Positions 1 through 13,010 are shown, counted from the whole stretch's first letter. The stretch: DNA of 63,171 bases, filler included, from Octopus bimaculoides (GCF_001194135.2; 5 parts of 4 records of this genome joined end to end with filler, not necessarily neighbours in it); one strand, 5' to 3'. Notes: generated by a model not told the origin, from the letters alone. Program-made: numbers and translations.

Positions 1-79
<79 letters not shown>

Positions 80-85
80 TGTGTG
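1..85. repeat. (TA)n-(TG)n microsatellite
   Basis: Direct reading of the sequence. Confidence 0.95.
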
Positions 86-1799
86 AAGGTAAATGGATAT
101 GTAAGTAAATATATAGATAAATAGAGAGATAGGTACATAGGTAGTGCGGACAGAAAAACACACATACACACATACACAAATGAAGATGGAAGCACATGAC
201 AATATACGCCCACACACTTCACGTACACATGCAAACACGTACATACATACAATCACACAAACATACAAACACATGAACATGCAGAATACATACATACCAA
301 CTGACACATACGCATATATACATACATATATATATAATAATACAAATAATATGTGAGTATATGCATACACACATACATACATATGTGTATACACTTGCAC
401 ACTGACGCACACAAATGCGCACCAACAAGTAAACAAGATGAACGCAGCTCTGATAAGGGACAGAGTCAACGACCATTGTAAAGATTGCAAGACGCAACGT
501 AAATTTTAGAAAAGACATATGCAAACGGGTGGAAATGAAACCGTTGAGTGTGTTATGTAACTTGCATGTATTTTATGAGGAACATTTTATGCTTTTCAGT
601 GTCAGTCGATTATTGTATATAGTAATGAAGTTTATATTTTTTGTATCAACAGTGGAATAAAGAACTTGTTCTGTCTCATTGATATTATCGTGTCGTATAT
701 GGAGTCAGTGTTCTGTTAGTGTATTCGCTGTAGATCGAGTTGAATGCAACAATATTATTGCGTGATTAAATTCATATGACATACATAAAAACTGAAGTGT
801 TAGATTCATATGTAATTGAAATTATTTCACGTAGATTATGCACTTTTCAAAAATGCGTGCATTCCTGTGAACTATGCCAGGCTTCCATGTGTTGCTAATA
901 TAGGATATAATTTCTTTCATTTTGTTATAGGTATTCCTATTTAATATTCCCCAATCCTTTTATATCAATTTCAAAAGACTTATATTTTTTAGAGATTCAT
1001 CACTATTTTCAGGAAAATTTTGTTAGAGATGAACGTGACCTATCAGTATGAAGTATTACTGTGATTCCATCACTTGATTTAGGTAGGCTATAGATGAGTG
1101 TGGACCCATCAATCTCATGATCCGAATAGGGTGCATATTAACACAACAGTTTTAAACTTTGAAGTCGAAGATTTACTCGCTCGGCAGTTGATCACAGCTG
1201 CCTACAGGATATATGCCTTCGCATATATCAAACTTGAGAAGCATCACGCAGCAGCAGATGATATAGTCATCCTTCTAAGAACACGGTTCACATAGTTTAT
1301 TCTTGATAGCAACATATCTTCAAATTTGTAGTCTTTTTTGGCTAAAGTATAGGTTTTGTACTGTTCGTCATACATTTTCTGCTTCTAGCTCAGAGATTTC
1401 CAACGTTTTTTTTTTTTATTTGTACTCACTTTGAGCTTTCCCTCGAGTTGACTGACGTTGTCTGTGGGGAGAATATTTCAAAGTTGATTCTCACAGTGAA
1501 ATTCGTTATTTTGTTTCCAAATAAATTATAATTTGATTTAACGTAACATTTAGTTCAGTAGCTTTTCATTGCCTTATATGTAAGGAGGATATCAAATGTG
1601 TTTTGCGCATTACTGAGTATATTTTAGTTGCACTGTACTTTCTAGTCGAATTTTACTTCATCAGATTCTTACTCGTTGTGTGCAAGATATGTAGATTTGC
1701 TTTTTAAATTTTACAGTGGTGACTTTGTAACTCTCTGTGCCTAAGCTTATGTTTTGAGCTGCGGAATTGAATTTACATCTGATTATACAAATATCATTG

Positions 1800-1833
1800 T
1801 TCACATACACACACAAACACACAAACAAACAAA

Positions 1834-1876
<43 letters not shown>

Positions 1877-2088
1877 ACGCACACGCACACATACACAGGC
1901 ACACACTCACACACATGCACTCACCCACGCACATGCAAATACACACATGCACACACACGCACGAATGCACATACACAAAAATACACACACACTAACGCAC
2001 ACATATAAGCGTATTCATAAACGTTGACACATACAGGCACTAAACTACGCAGAAATGTATGAATGCATACATGCATTTATATATTCAT

Positions 2089-2128
<40 letters not shown>
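1800..2128. repeat. Compound (CA)n/(CAAA)n then (TA)n microsatellite
   Basis: Direct reading; source of the HT/CV-repeat ORFs in the track. Confidence 0.9.
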
Positions 2129-2132
<4 letters not shown>

Positions 2133-2635
2133 GAGAGAGGTATAGAGGGACGGAAAGAGAAAGAGAGAGAGAGTGGAACGAGAGAGGAGAGAGCAAATAG
2201 TGAAGAAGTTTCAATCGAGGCAAAATACTATTAGCTAATACTAATACTAATAGCTATTATTTTTAACTTGCTTCACACACATATGTGTGTGTATATGTGG
2301 ATATGTGTGTGTATGTCTGTGCATGTGTGTGTGTATGTAGTGGTATATAAGTTAGCTAGATCGCTAAATACATATACTATCCGCAATACAAATACGTTCC
2401 CGCGAATGCGATAATAAGTATAGAACGAATACATGTACGTTGCTGAAGACACGGATTTGTGCTATTTCAACGATTTTGCCTGATATTACAGCGACGATAT
2501 TTTACAGTCGGCGAATTTTTGAGATATCCCTTAAGGGAATTTTTTCTGAAGTGCTTGCATTATATTTTGTTTATGTTGAAGTACATATTTTGCTGACGTT
2601 TTATATAGATGACTATATAAACATATCCGTATGCA

Positions 2636-2870
2636 AGTATGTACGTACGTATGTATGTATGTATGTATGAATGTATGCATGTATGTATCTATGTAGGTTT
2701 GTATGTATGCATGTATGTATGTATTTATGTATGTGTTTGTGTATGTAATTATGTATGTATCTATGTATCGCTATATCTATCTATCGATATTTCAATTTAT
2801 CGATATATCTATAAGCATATATGTATATATATATATATGGGTGTCAGTGTGCGCGCGTGTGTGTGTTTGT
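2636..2870. repeat. Degenerate (TATG)n/(TA)n/(TG)n microsatellite
   Basis: Direct reading. Confidence 0.85.
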
Positions 2871-3261
2871 ATGGGTAACAACGTTGTGATAATTACTATA
2901 GAAAACGAAAAATTCCCAGTGCATGCCGAGTCACAGAACTATGAAGTCGAAATCGTTATCACAAAAAGTCGAAAAATAAAATGATTATTAAGTTATAATA
3001 CTTAAAGAATGCACTTAATTCACTTCATCTTTAATGGTATATTTGTACTTTTATGGCCAGGAACTAACTCCTTAATTATCACATTTCCGTGACTTCCTAC
3101 ACTTGTTGACCACATCTGAGTTTACACCTGAATTTTATGTTTCGTATACCTGTATGCGTTGTTCATTAGCGTGTGATTCAGCACAGCGTTTTTTTTTTTA
3201 AATTTTGCGTGTGAATTCTATTCTTATCTAAAGATTTCTTTCATTATATTTACTGCCGCAA

Positions 3262-3590
3262 CCATTATTCATCATCATCATCATCATTCATCATTCATCA
3301 TCATCAACGTTATCGTAGTTCTCGTCGTCGTCGCCATCGTCATCAACATTACCAAAACCACCATCTCTGCCACAATCACTATCATCATCACTAACACCAA
3401 CGCCACCATCATTGCCAACACCATCATCATTATCACCGAAACCACTACCACCACCACCACCACCAATATGATCATTGTCACCATCATTATCAGCAGCAGC
3501 AGCAGCAGCAGCGTTAGCTGCAGCAGCATCAACACCGTTGTGATCATCGTCGCTCATAAAACCAATTATCATCATTATCGTCGAAAGTAT
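3262..3590. repeat. Compound triplet repeat (ATC/ACC/AGC)n
   Basis: Direct reading; gives low-complexity ORFs on the minus strand. Confidence 0.85.
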
Positions 3591-3687
3591 GGTTAGATGG
3601 AGCATTTGTTTTTTAAAAAAATCTTGGACTTGGTGAAGGCTTTCTTTATTGATCTTCGATTGACAAAATGAATAAATGAAAGGTGCT

Positions 3688-3840
3688 GCTCGTGGCTGAG
3701 CGGTAAGAATATTGCTTTCAAACCACATGCTTCTGGCATCAGTCTCACTGCATAGAAATTTGGGCAGGTGTCCTCTACCTTAGGTCGACGAAATCCTTGC
3801 GATTGGAGTTGGTAGACGGAAACTAAAAGAAACCCGTCGA
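3688..3840 (+). mobile_element. SINE family A, tRNA-derived 5' half (diverged)
   Basis: GTGGCTGAGCGGTAAGAA...CCACATG...GGTAGACGGAAACTAAAAGAAACCCGTCG matches the head of the longer copies at 8298-8706, 41617-41970 and 43886-44228. Confidence 0.7.
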
Positions 3841-3870
3841 ATATTTATATATATATAAAATTATGATATA

Positions 3871-4077
3871 GGGTATCTAATAGATACCACCGCGCAGGAA
3901 ATAACAGAGCGTTTTCTTATGCAGAGTCAGAAATCCGGGATCTGGAATTATTCAGTAATTTTTGATAGTTTGTTTTGTATCTTCGTCTTCTCACCTGGTG
4001 CTATATGAATATTTAATGTGGTTTTAGAGTCACGTTTTGACTGCTATTTCCTGTGTGGTGGTATCACTTAGATACCC
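3871..4077. mobile_element. MITE with ~37-bp terminal inverted repeats, flanked by TA
   Basis: Left GGGTATCTAATAGATACCACCGCGCAGGAAATAACAG vs reverse complement of right end GGGTATCTAAGTGATACCACCACACAGGAAATAGCAG; TA at 3869-70 and 4078-79. Confidence 0.8.
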
Positions 4078-4171
4078 TAAATTATAATTTTAAATAATTA
4101 TTACTTTGATTGTTTTTATTCCCATACTGGCCACCTGATAAAATCGGTATTTAAATATCGATCTCATCCTC

Positions 4172-4174
<3 letters not shown>

Positions 4175-4247
<73 letters not shown>

Positions 4248-4274
4248 ATGTGCATGTATATATATATATATATA
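4175..4274. repeat. (TA)n microsatellite, insertion site of the Tc1 element
   Basis: Direct reading. Confidence 0.9.
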
Positions 4275-5812
4275 CAGCTTTGGCCATAAGTATTAGGCCA
4301 CCCCAATGTTTTGGAGTTGTGCTATCTCAATGTTAACAAAACTAGTGCACATGGTGGATTATGGTATATTTCACAATATGCATTTGGTTTATTATCTCGT
4401 CGATCCTCCTTAAGCATCAATTAACGCTTTTATATTGTACTTACGCAACCAATCATATGAGTAAGACCAACGTCCAAAATTAACTTATGTTTCCTTGATT
4501 ATTTCAGAGTTTTATGCTTAAATACATTGTAGATACAGTTAATAAACAGTAAAATGCGCAAAACAAGGGAGTTGAGTGAGTGTGAGCGAGGTCAAATCGT
4601 AGCTCATCACGAAAATGGAATGCCTCAAAGGCAAAATGCTCAGCAGATGAAATGTTCTCGATGTGCGGTGCAAACGACTCTCAAGACTTCAGAGAGACAA
4701 ACGATGTGAAGACAATACGAAGAACAGGCAGAAAACAGGTTGCATCACCTCGTGATGACAGATCCATCATCCATCATTCGCTCAGAAACAGAAGAAAAAC
4801 ATCGTCAGAGATCTGTACGGGCTTCAACAAGGCAAATACTTTACAAATATCAACTACAACTGTTAGAAGAAGGCTTGTAGAGTACGGTCTGAAAGGCTGT
4901 AAAGCCAGGAAGAAGCTATGTGTTTCTGAAGCGAATATGGAAAAACGTCTTCAGTGGGCCAAAAACCATTCAAATTGGACCAGTGAGCAATGGTCAAAAG
5001 ACATATGGTCTGACGAAAGTAACTATGAGTTAAGGTAGTTCAATCAACATATAAACTTAATGTAACCGCTTTGTTGCACAAAATATACGTAAAAAAACCT
5101 TCCAACATAAAGCTAATAATATTTTTCATGTTTTTACTCAAGTTTTCGGTACATCTGGTACAACCTTCGTGCATTGGGGAGTTGGGGAAGCATTTCAGGC
5201 TGAATGTCTGGTACCAACCGTAAAATATGGGAGTTGTTCTATCATGGTGTGGGCCTGCATGTCTGCCACATGACCTGGAGAAATGTTTTTTTTTATGTCA
5301 GGGAAGGATAAATTCAGCTACCTATGTTTCTATGTTGTCAGATGCTTTAGAGCCAACAGTTGCTATATTGCATCCAGGAATGTCGAAAAACTGTATTATC
5401 TTTCAACAGGAAAACGCTCCATGTTATACAGCAAAGAATGCTCATCAGATTGAGATACAGGATATTGTTCCCACGGAGTGATCAGCTCAAGTCCCAATCT
5501 AAATCCAATTGAACATCTATAGTGAACTTTTGGTGAAGCTATCAGGAACACAACAATTAAAAATAAAGAGCATTTGTAACAAAAGTTGAGAGAAGAATGG
5601 TGTAAAATTGTGCTTAGCACCTGCAAGAAACTAGTTGCTTCAATGCCTAACCGTATACAAGCGGAATTGATGCTAAAGGAGGGTAAGCCAGATATTAAAT
5701 CTAATGTATATTGTGAAATATACAATAATCTACCATGTGCACGAATTTCATTAACATTGAGATAACAGAACCCCAAAACATTGGGGTGGCCTAATTCTTT
5801 TGGCCAACGTAG
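4275..5812 (+). mobile_element. Full-length Tc1-family DNA transposon (defective), ~115-bp TIRs, TA target
   Basis: Left CAGCTTTGGCCATAAGTATTAGGCCACCCCAATGTTTTGG... matches the reverse complement of the right end CTACGTTGGCCAAAAGAATTAGGCCACCCCAATGTTTTGG...; TA at 4273-74 and 5813-14; internal transposase. Confidence 0.92.
4554..5700 (+). pseudogene. Tc1 transposase pseudogene
   Basis: MRKTRELSECERGQIV (HTH), GLKGCKARKK, WSDES, VLSWCG, FQQENAPC (second catalytic D changed to E), SPNLNPIEHL*. Frameshifts, stops and a 112-nt insert. Confidence 0.9.
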
Positions 5813-5999
5813 TATATNNNNNNNNNNNNNNNNNNNNNNNNNNNNNNNNNNNNNNNNNNNNNNNNNNNNNNNNNNNNNNNNNNNNNNNNNNNNNNNNNNN
5901 NNNNNNNNNNNNNNNNNNNNNNNNNNNNNNNNNNNNNNNNNNNNNNNNNGTATGTGTGTGTGTGTGTGTGCGTGTGTGTGTGTGTGTATTATGTGCATC

Positions 6000-6200
6000 T
6001 GCGTTTGTCTGCCACCATAGCCTACCAAACAGTGTTGGTGTGTTTTTTACCCATAACAGCAGTTCGGCAAAGGAGACAGTTAGAATAAGTACCCGGCTTT
6101 AATAAAAGAACTGGGGTTGGTTCATTCGACAAAAATTCTTCAAGGTGATGCCCCATCATAGTCGCAGTCTACTGAATGAAGCACGCAAAAAATAAAACAA
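6000..6200 (+). mobile_element. SINE family A, 3' half (diverged)
   Basis: GTTCGGCAAAGGAGACAGTTAGAATAAGTAC...CTGGGGTTGG...GTCGCAGTC match the family A tail. Confidence 0.65.
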
Positions 6201-7654
6201 TAAAAGCATATCGTCAGTACTTCAACTATTATTAATATTAGTACCAAAGCTTGTAATCAGATTATGACAAATGCGCACGTGCTTGTGTGTTTATGTACAT
6301 AATTATTCATATGCACACTTGCGAATTGAATTGCGAACTTGAAAAGAAGGAATCTTGAATTTATCAGCTTTCAATTATATTAACCGTTAAATATTTGGTT
6401 GGTGCAAGTGAAAAAATAATATCTTTAATGGAAGAATAAGATTTTCAATTAAAATCAAGACATTACGAACAATATTGATTTAATTCCAGGATACTGATGT
6501 ACTGTGAAATTAAAGATGGAGACCATAATTATATTATTGCAGAAAAATTAGAAATATGTAAAATTAATTGAAACACGAAACATAGACATGCGTTTTCTAT
6601 CATATATTAAAAATATGTCAACCAAATTATTTTCGACTCAACATAAACAAAATTATTAAAAATCATGTTTTTTTTCTTTCTATGTATGAGTAGTATACAG
6701 TTGAGAATAGAAAACTGATAACAGTGAAAATATTGGCAAGACATTTATTTTAACCTCGATACCGAACACATGTGAGCGCACCAGATATGTGTTCCGGAGA
6801 TGTTTAATCCCAAACGAATATTTTGCGAAATATGATACAATCAAAATTTAATAGATTAGATGAACACCTGCTGAAAGTACAGCTTCTACATTATGGGACA
6901 GAAATCTAATATTTAGATGGCCTCACAAAATTGTTGGCTTAGGCGAGACAAAAATAAACCTTTCATTTTTTGTACTTAAAATTTGTCATTTTCACTAAAT
7001 GCTATATTTTTCTTATAGGAAAATAATTTGAAATATCAATATTAATTTGGAGTGAGCAATTTTATTACATTTCACTTTCAAACAGAAAATTTCAGTTAAA
7101 TACAGGGGTGTGACCGCATATTATATAGTAAATCCAATATTCCTACCAAATTTCCTCTATTCATAATGATCGGTTGGTTGATCCATTCGTATGAGCTTTA
7201 TTAAAGCAATACATTTCTGCAATCTATTCTTACTTTCTCATTTGCTCCGTGTTTAAGAAAGAGCCGATTTAAAATTTAAAAAAAGTTAATATATGAGAGA
7301 ATCATAGATAAGAATGTCTGTACTCGTGCGTTTATATGTATATACATACATACACACATACATACATATACATACATATATATAAATATACACATTTTCT
7401 CTAGCCAGTTGACTTGCTGCTGAATATCCTTCATTGCAGTTAAATACATAGTGCGAGGGCATTTCAATCGGAGTTAAATACATAATATTGGGATTCTGGA
7501 ACTCTATACATTCGTGTCCTCTCACGGATATGGGTAGTGTCCAGTTCCATTGTCGTGTCAGCACCGATTTCTCTGAGGTGACAGTTTCATGTGGAAATTT
7601 TAAGGCATAGAATTCAGTGCTATGTTTATTTCATTTGTCTACTTCGTAAACATC

Positions 7655-7805
7655 TAACAAGCAAATCGACCCCAGTACTTATTCTTTGTAAGCCTAGCAT
7701 TTATTCTATCGGTGTCTTTTGCCGAACCACTAAGTTCCGGGGGCGTAAAATCACCAGCAAGGATTGTCAAGCGACGTTGGGGACAAAAACAGACATAGAA
7801 ACGCA
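7655..7805 (-). mobile_element. SINE family A, internal/3' fragment
   Basis: CAAATCGACCCCAGTACTTATTCTTTGTAAGCCTAG...GCCGAACC...CGTAAA shared with the other copies. Confidence 0.8.
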
Positions 7806-7828
7806 CACATATACGTACGCGCACATAC

Positions 7829-7869
<41 letters not shown>

Positions 7870-8297
7870 GACACACACACACATACACACACACACAGAC
7901 ACACACACACACACACACACACACATNNNNNNNNNNNNNNNNNNNNNNNNNNNNNNNNNNNNNNNNNNNNNNNNNNNNNNNNNNNNNNNNNNNNNNNNNN
8001 NNNNNNNNNNNNNNNNNNNNNNNNNNNNNNNNNNNNNNNNNNNNNNNNNNNNNNNNNNNNNNNNNNNNNNNNNNNNNNNNNNNNNNNNNNNNNNNNNNNN
8101 NNNNNNNNNNNNNNNNNNNNNNNNNNNNNNNNNNNNNNNNNNNNNNNNNNNNNNNNNNNNNNNNNNNNNNNNNNNNNNNNNNNNNNNNNNNNNNNNNNNN
8201 NNNNNNNNNNNNNNNNNNNNNNNNNNNNNNNNNNNNNNNNNNNNNNNNNNNNNNNNNNNNNNNNNNNNNNNNNNNNNNATATATATATATATATACG

Positions 8298-8706
8298 CTT
8301 TTACTACCTTACTCTTTGACTTGTTTCAGTCATTTGACTGCGGCCATGCTGGAACACCACCTTTAGTCGAACAAATCGACCCCAGGTCTTATTCTTTGTA
8401 AGCCTAGTACGTATTCTATCGGTCACTTTTGTCGAACTGCTAAGTTATGGGGACGTAAACACACCAGCATCGGTTGTCGAGCGAAGTTGGGTGTACAATC
8501 ACAGACACACAAACATATACACACACTTACATATAGATATATGTATATACATATATACGACAGGCTTCTTTCAGTTTCCGTCTACGAAATCCACTCACAA
8601 GGCTTTGGTTGGCCCGAAGCTATAATAGAATACACTTGCCCAAGTTGCCGCACTGTGGGAATGAACCCAGAACCATGTGGTTAGTAAGCAAGCTACTTAC
8701 CACACA
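8298..8706 (-). mobile_element. SINE family A, near full length
   Basis: tRNA-like head (GTGTGGTAAGTAGCTTGCTT...GGTTCATTCCC), central CA/TA microsatellite, 3' CCAGCATGGCCGCAGTCAAATGACTGAAACAAGT tail. Confidence 0.85.
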
Positions 8707-9797
8707 TACACAAATTATGGGGGTTTAGTTCGCAGATGATCTAAACTATTATGTGCATTAGGTACATGCTGTAACAAATTACTAGGGCTCCAATGTTTTT
8801 GCCGAAACGATAGTTATGGACTTATTGCAGTGGATATATAACTGACTGTCGGAGAGGACAACAATCATCAAGGTAAAGCAAACATTTCAAGTCTTATACA
8901 ATACCATCATTCGAAAAAATCATAGTCTTACAGCTGTTTCTGAGTTATCCCCGAGGATGGGATATTCGTAATTAGTGACAAATACGGAAAATTAGGGAAA
9001 ATAGGAATGGAATATATTGATATAAATATTAATTCTTTAATTTATCCTTAATTTATCTTAAAACCTTAACCCAATACATTCCGTAATATAAATCCCCTAA
9101 AATCTAATTCTATCTCCCACTCATAAATAATTTAACATGCAACTAGCTCCTCCATTTTCAACTACCTACACTCTCATAACTCCATTGCTGAAAATATTTC
9201 TATAGCCACTGACCTTAGCCAGAACAGACACATGCATTGTTACTAAATATCCTCCCCAGCACCTATAGACTTTAAGACACCTACTACTCTCTTTAAATTC
9301 TTTTCATTTTGCTCCAATCTTTTACACTGTCTTCCTCCACCTCCTCATCCTCTCTCTTATCTTCTCGTCTAGACCTATACACCTTACTTAATCCTAAAGC
9401 CAATTTTGTTATTGAACGTTGATATGTTCATTTTTTTCTCTGGATGTTTATTATATCAGGATTTTAACCCACATGGGACTACGTAGGATTGCATTTAAGG
9501 ACTTATGTTCTTGTTTCTATAACATCGGAAAGTTGAACTTTGAACTTTTATGCATCTTTTGTATTCTTTCTCTTCATCTCCTTACTCTTTTACTCCCTTC
9601 CTCTATGTCGTCATCTCATAAATATATATCGTTCTCATTTTCCTTATTTTTCCGTATTTGTCTCTGATGACAAAATATCCCATACTTCGGGATATCTCAG
9701 AAACGGCTGTAAAACTTTGAATCTTTTCTAATAGTAATATTGTATACGACTTGAGATGTTTGCTTTGCCTTAATGTTTTGTTGTCTTCTTAAACAAT

Positions 9798-9873
<76 letters not shown>

Positions 9874-10738
9874 CATGCGCGAGTGTGTGTGTATGTATAT
9901 TGGTAAGATGAATATTGGAAATTCTTTGTCCCTTACAGAAATTAGAGAAGCAAATATGAATCAGAACAAGCGCCAGCTAAACTTCAAGATCAATCGCAAT
10001 TTCACTTGGTCTTACGTAGATATACCAGTTATTTCATGGTCACAAGCATTTTGGTCCTCAGGCAAGGCTATTCGCCCATGTGGAGCAGCTAGGATTAAAT
10101 TTCTTTGCATGTGGATGGATATTTTATCAACGACAGCCACCTTGATAAGGTCATTTGTATCCTACATCAGCCTGCTGCAGAAGATAGAACAGTTATCCAG
10201 CTAGAAAAGTTCGGTTGCTGCTTTCAACCTCGAATGAGGACGAGTGTAATATTTGAAAAGGGCTTCGTCGACCAAGTCCGGCTATCTCATTTAAGTTTGT
10301 TAGCGTGAAATTTCGAAATCCGCCGCTCAGGGTAACATTAGTACAACATGGATGCTTGAATGCTTAGCATACCGTATTCCCCTAGCTTATTGCCTGTAAC
10401 AGATATTAATCAACCACACGTTTTTGCATAATGTAATATCTACTTAAAGGCTATAGAGAGGAAATCTGAAACCTTTCGATATTTAAAGCGAAATCAGTTT
10501 TTTTTAAATCCTCAAATGTTTAAATGCTTCACCTACGTCTGAGTATTCTACGAAATGTATTCAACTTAAGTGCAATAACGAACACATACATACACACACA
10601 TACACACACGTTTGCAATAATTATAGGGATAGAGAATATTTGGAATTCTACAATCTCAAATGGTATTTCTTGTTATTGTATGGTATGTATATACAGCATA
10701 TTTTCTTTTATCTCAACGTGTTTCATCTGCACGGAATA

Positions 10739-10860
10739 TAAGCAGTTGCATATGCAACCGGGCATATTTTTCTGTAAAGCTGTCTGCAGAATCTTTTAAC
10801 CAGCTAGAGACCCCAAAGCAAGCTGCACAAATTATGTTTGGTTGCATATGCAACTGCTCA
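10739..10860. mobile_element. 122-bp MITE with ~32-bp TIRs, each containing the palindrome GTTGCATATGCAAC
   Basis: TA|TAAGCAGTTGCATATGCAACCGGGCATATTTT vs reverse complement of right end TA|TGAGCAGTTGCATATGCAACCAAACATAATTT. Confidence 0.7.
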
Positions 10861-11214
10861 TAATCTATGCTGTTATAAAGAGTGTAGTTTAGCGTAGCCA
10901 TAGAAATATGAGGTATGATATACCGTAAAATAAAGGGAAATACATTTTGAGGATGTACTAGTCTCCATATTCACTATCGTCAAAATTATTGTAAATATAC
11001 ACTTCAGATAATATTATAATTCAGTGAAGCCAACACTGAATTACCCATCGGAGGAATTTACAGCGTTACTGACAACACTAAGTAATCATAGACATTAAAT
11101 ACTAATCGATGCAGGTAACCATAACTGAGCGCTACGATGCTATCTGCCCGGTTAATATTTTAACTCACACATACTTACACGCCCACACCTGCTCACTCAC
11201 ATACATACACGCAA

Positions 11215-11216
11215 AT

Positions 11217-11311
<95 letters not shown>

Positions 11312-11435
11312 TACATACATATATATATATGTACAAGCGTATGTTTATGTATATATCTGTATATCTGAGTATATATACATGTATGTATATATATATACAT
11401 GTGTGTGTGTGTGTGTGTGTGCGTGCGTGTGTGCA
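11215..11435. repeat. (CA)n-(TA)n-(TG)n compound microsatellite
   Basis: Direct reading. Confidence 0.9.
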
Positions 11436-12689
11436 TATAAGTATTGTTAGTGCATCAGTGTCTGACGAAGTCAAACCCTGTCTTCTAATAAATGAGAGCA
11501 CACGTGATTACGCAGTCTAGATCTGGATGCACGCAAGAGGCCACATGTGTCAAAAAACAGTCTGTTGTCTACTTTTAGGCGGCCACTTTCTTGTGGCATC
11601 TATCTCTTGCAGTAGCGAGATGCTGTCACCGGTCGTCTTCGAAGACAACTGCTGCTGGTGAGGTGAATGACCTCCACGCTGATCTGTCTATGCTAAAGGT
11701 TAGACTAATCCCTCTCCATTTGTGGTTCTTTTTCAGAGTATTTTCGTACCGCAATTTAGACCTTTTTTATTCGCATGAACCCTACATGATCTCGCCCTAC
11801 AACAGTTGACTGAACATATAGCTGTCAAATGTTATGATGATGTGGTTAGTGCAGCGAAAATGAGTGGATGGATGTATAAAATGCTGATCCTAATTCAACG
11901 ACGCCATGCCAACCAGTGAAGAATGTTGTTGCGTGATTCTACAAATTTAGTAATATTCCACAATTCTGCTAACATTGTTTCGCGATTGAGGATTTCCATT
12001 CGGGTACTATAAACTGCAGTAGTGCTGGTTTTCCTGATTGCAAAAAGGGTATGATGTGTTGAGTTACGGCCACTAAGAGTAAAGTTGAGAAAGTGTGACA
12101 CACTGACATTCGCATTAGATTTATGTGCATGTATGAATTTGATATATCTACTAATTACATCAAATCCGATATATGTGATAGTTCATGTTTACATATAGAT
12201 CTTGATATATGTTTTTTTTGTAATGTTCTTGGATTCCTTTACCTGTTGGATACAATTCTTTTATTTCCTGTATAATTCCTTTTAATGCATTTTAACTAAA
12301 AAATTGGTGTATTTATAAATAAATATCTGTTTCTGTAAGATATTATAACTGTTTCTCCGAATGTAATTATATTTATTCAATATATTATGTTAGTAATAAA
12401 TACGTTTTTAAAGAGCAGATAATTTTTGTGAAATACATGTATATTTATATAGAATGTAAAAATGTTTGCATAATTTTATAAATGCAGTTTCAGTGTAACT
12501 TCAATTCAGTATTATTATTTTTTTATCATGTAAACTTTTTAGCAAAATTCCAATGTTTATTTGCATTTAATATCAATATGAGACCAGCATTTTTCAATTT
12601 CTTTCATCAGTTTCAAGTTTGTCTTGTCGCGAAATCGTATTTCTCTCTTCGATTTCATATGTATAAATTTTGTTTCAATAACTTTGATT

Positions 12690-13010
12690 TTTTTAATTTT
12701 TATATATCTGTTTACATTGTGAAAAATTCAATATTTATTCTCTGTAGTTCAATGTTTGCTTATGGCAAGAGGCACTTTTAGATTTTTAGCTATACATTTA
12801 ATAAATTTCTTATCCTAAGCTTTAAGTAGCTTTGTGATGGGGAAATTTTGACACCAGATATTGAATTTTCACGTAATTTAGAAATCCAATAAATGAGTGA
12901 AATTTCATTACGATTCTTTAGCTGATTGAAGTTAAATTTGTGTTTCATTATATTTTCTTCACTAATCTTCGTATAATGTGAACGAAAATATTTTGAAGTA
13001 CTCATTATAT
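12690..13010 (-). pseudogene. Highly degraded Penelope-like GIY-YIG endonuclease C-terminus
   Basis: HKFNFNQLKNRNEISLIYWISKLRENSI...QSY and, after a frameshift, EIY*MY...TLNYRE*IL..SQCKQIYK. This resembles the PLE pattern LSKYIWKLK...LLNxRxE.SKCRH also seen at 39615-39865. Confidence 0.4.

Noticed and set aside
894-936. GCTAAT branch, pyrimidine tract, TAG|GTATTC
   Set aside because: Poor donor match; such acceptor-like strings are common in AT-rich DNA.
1090-1400. Open frames on both strands (...LNFEVEDLLARQLITAAY... and MYDEQYKTYTLAKKDYKFEDMLL...)
   Set aside because: No recognisable domain and no usable splice sites; too short to support a call.
3291-3728. 145-aa Asp/Gly-rich ORF resembling an acidic biomineral protein
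   Set aside because: It is the translation of a compound triplet microsatellite, and its start lies in a SINE head.
6990-7058. Good acceptor and GTGAGC donor around a 33-nt mini-exon
   Set aside because: Stops in all three frames; no supporting context.
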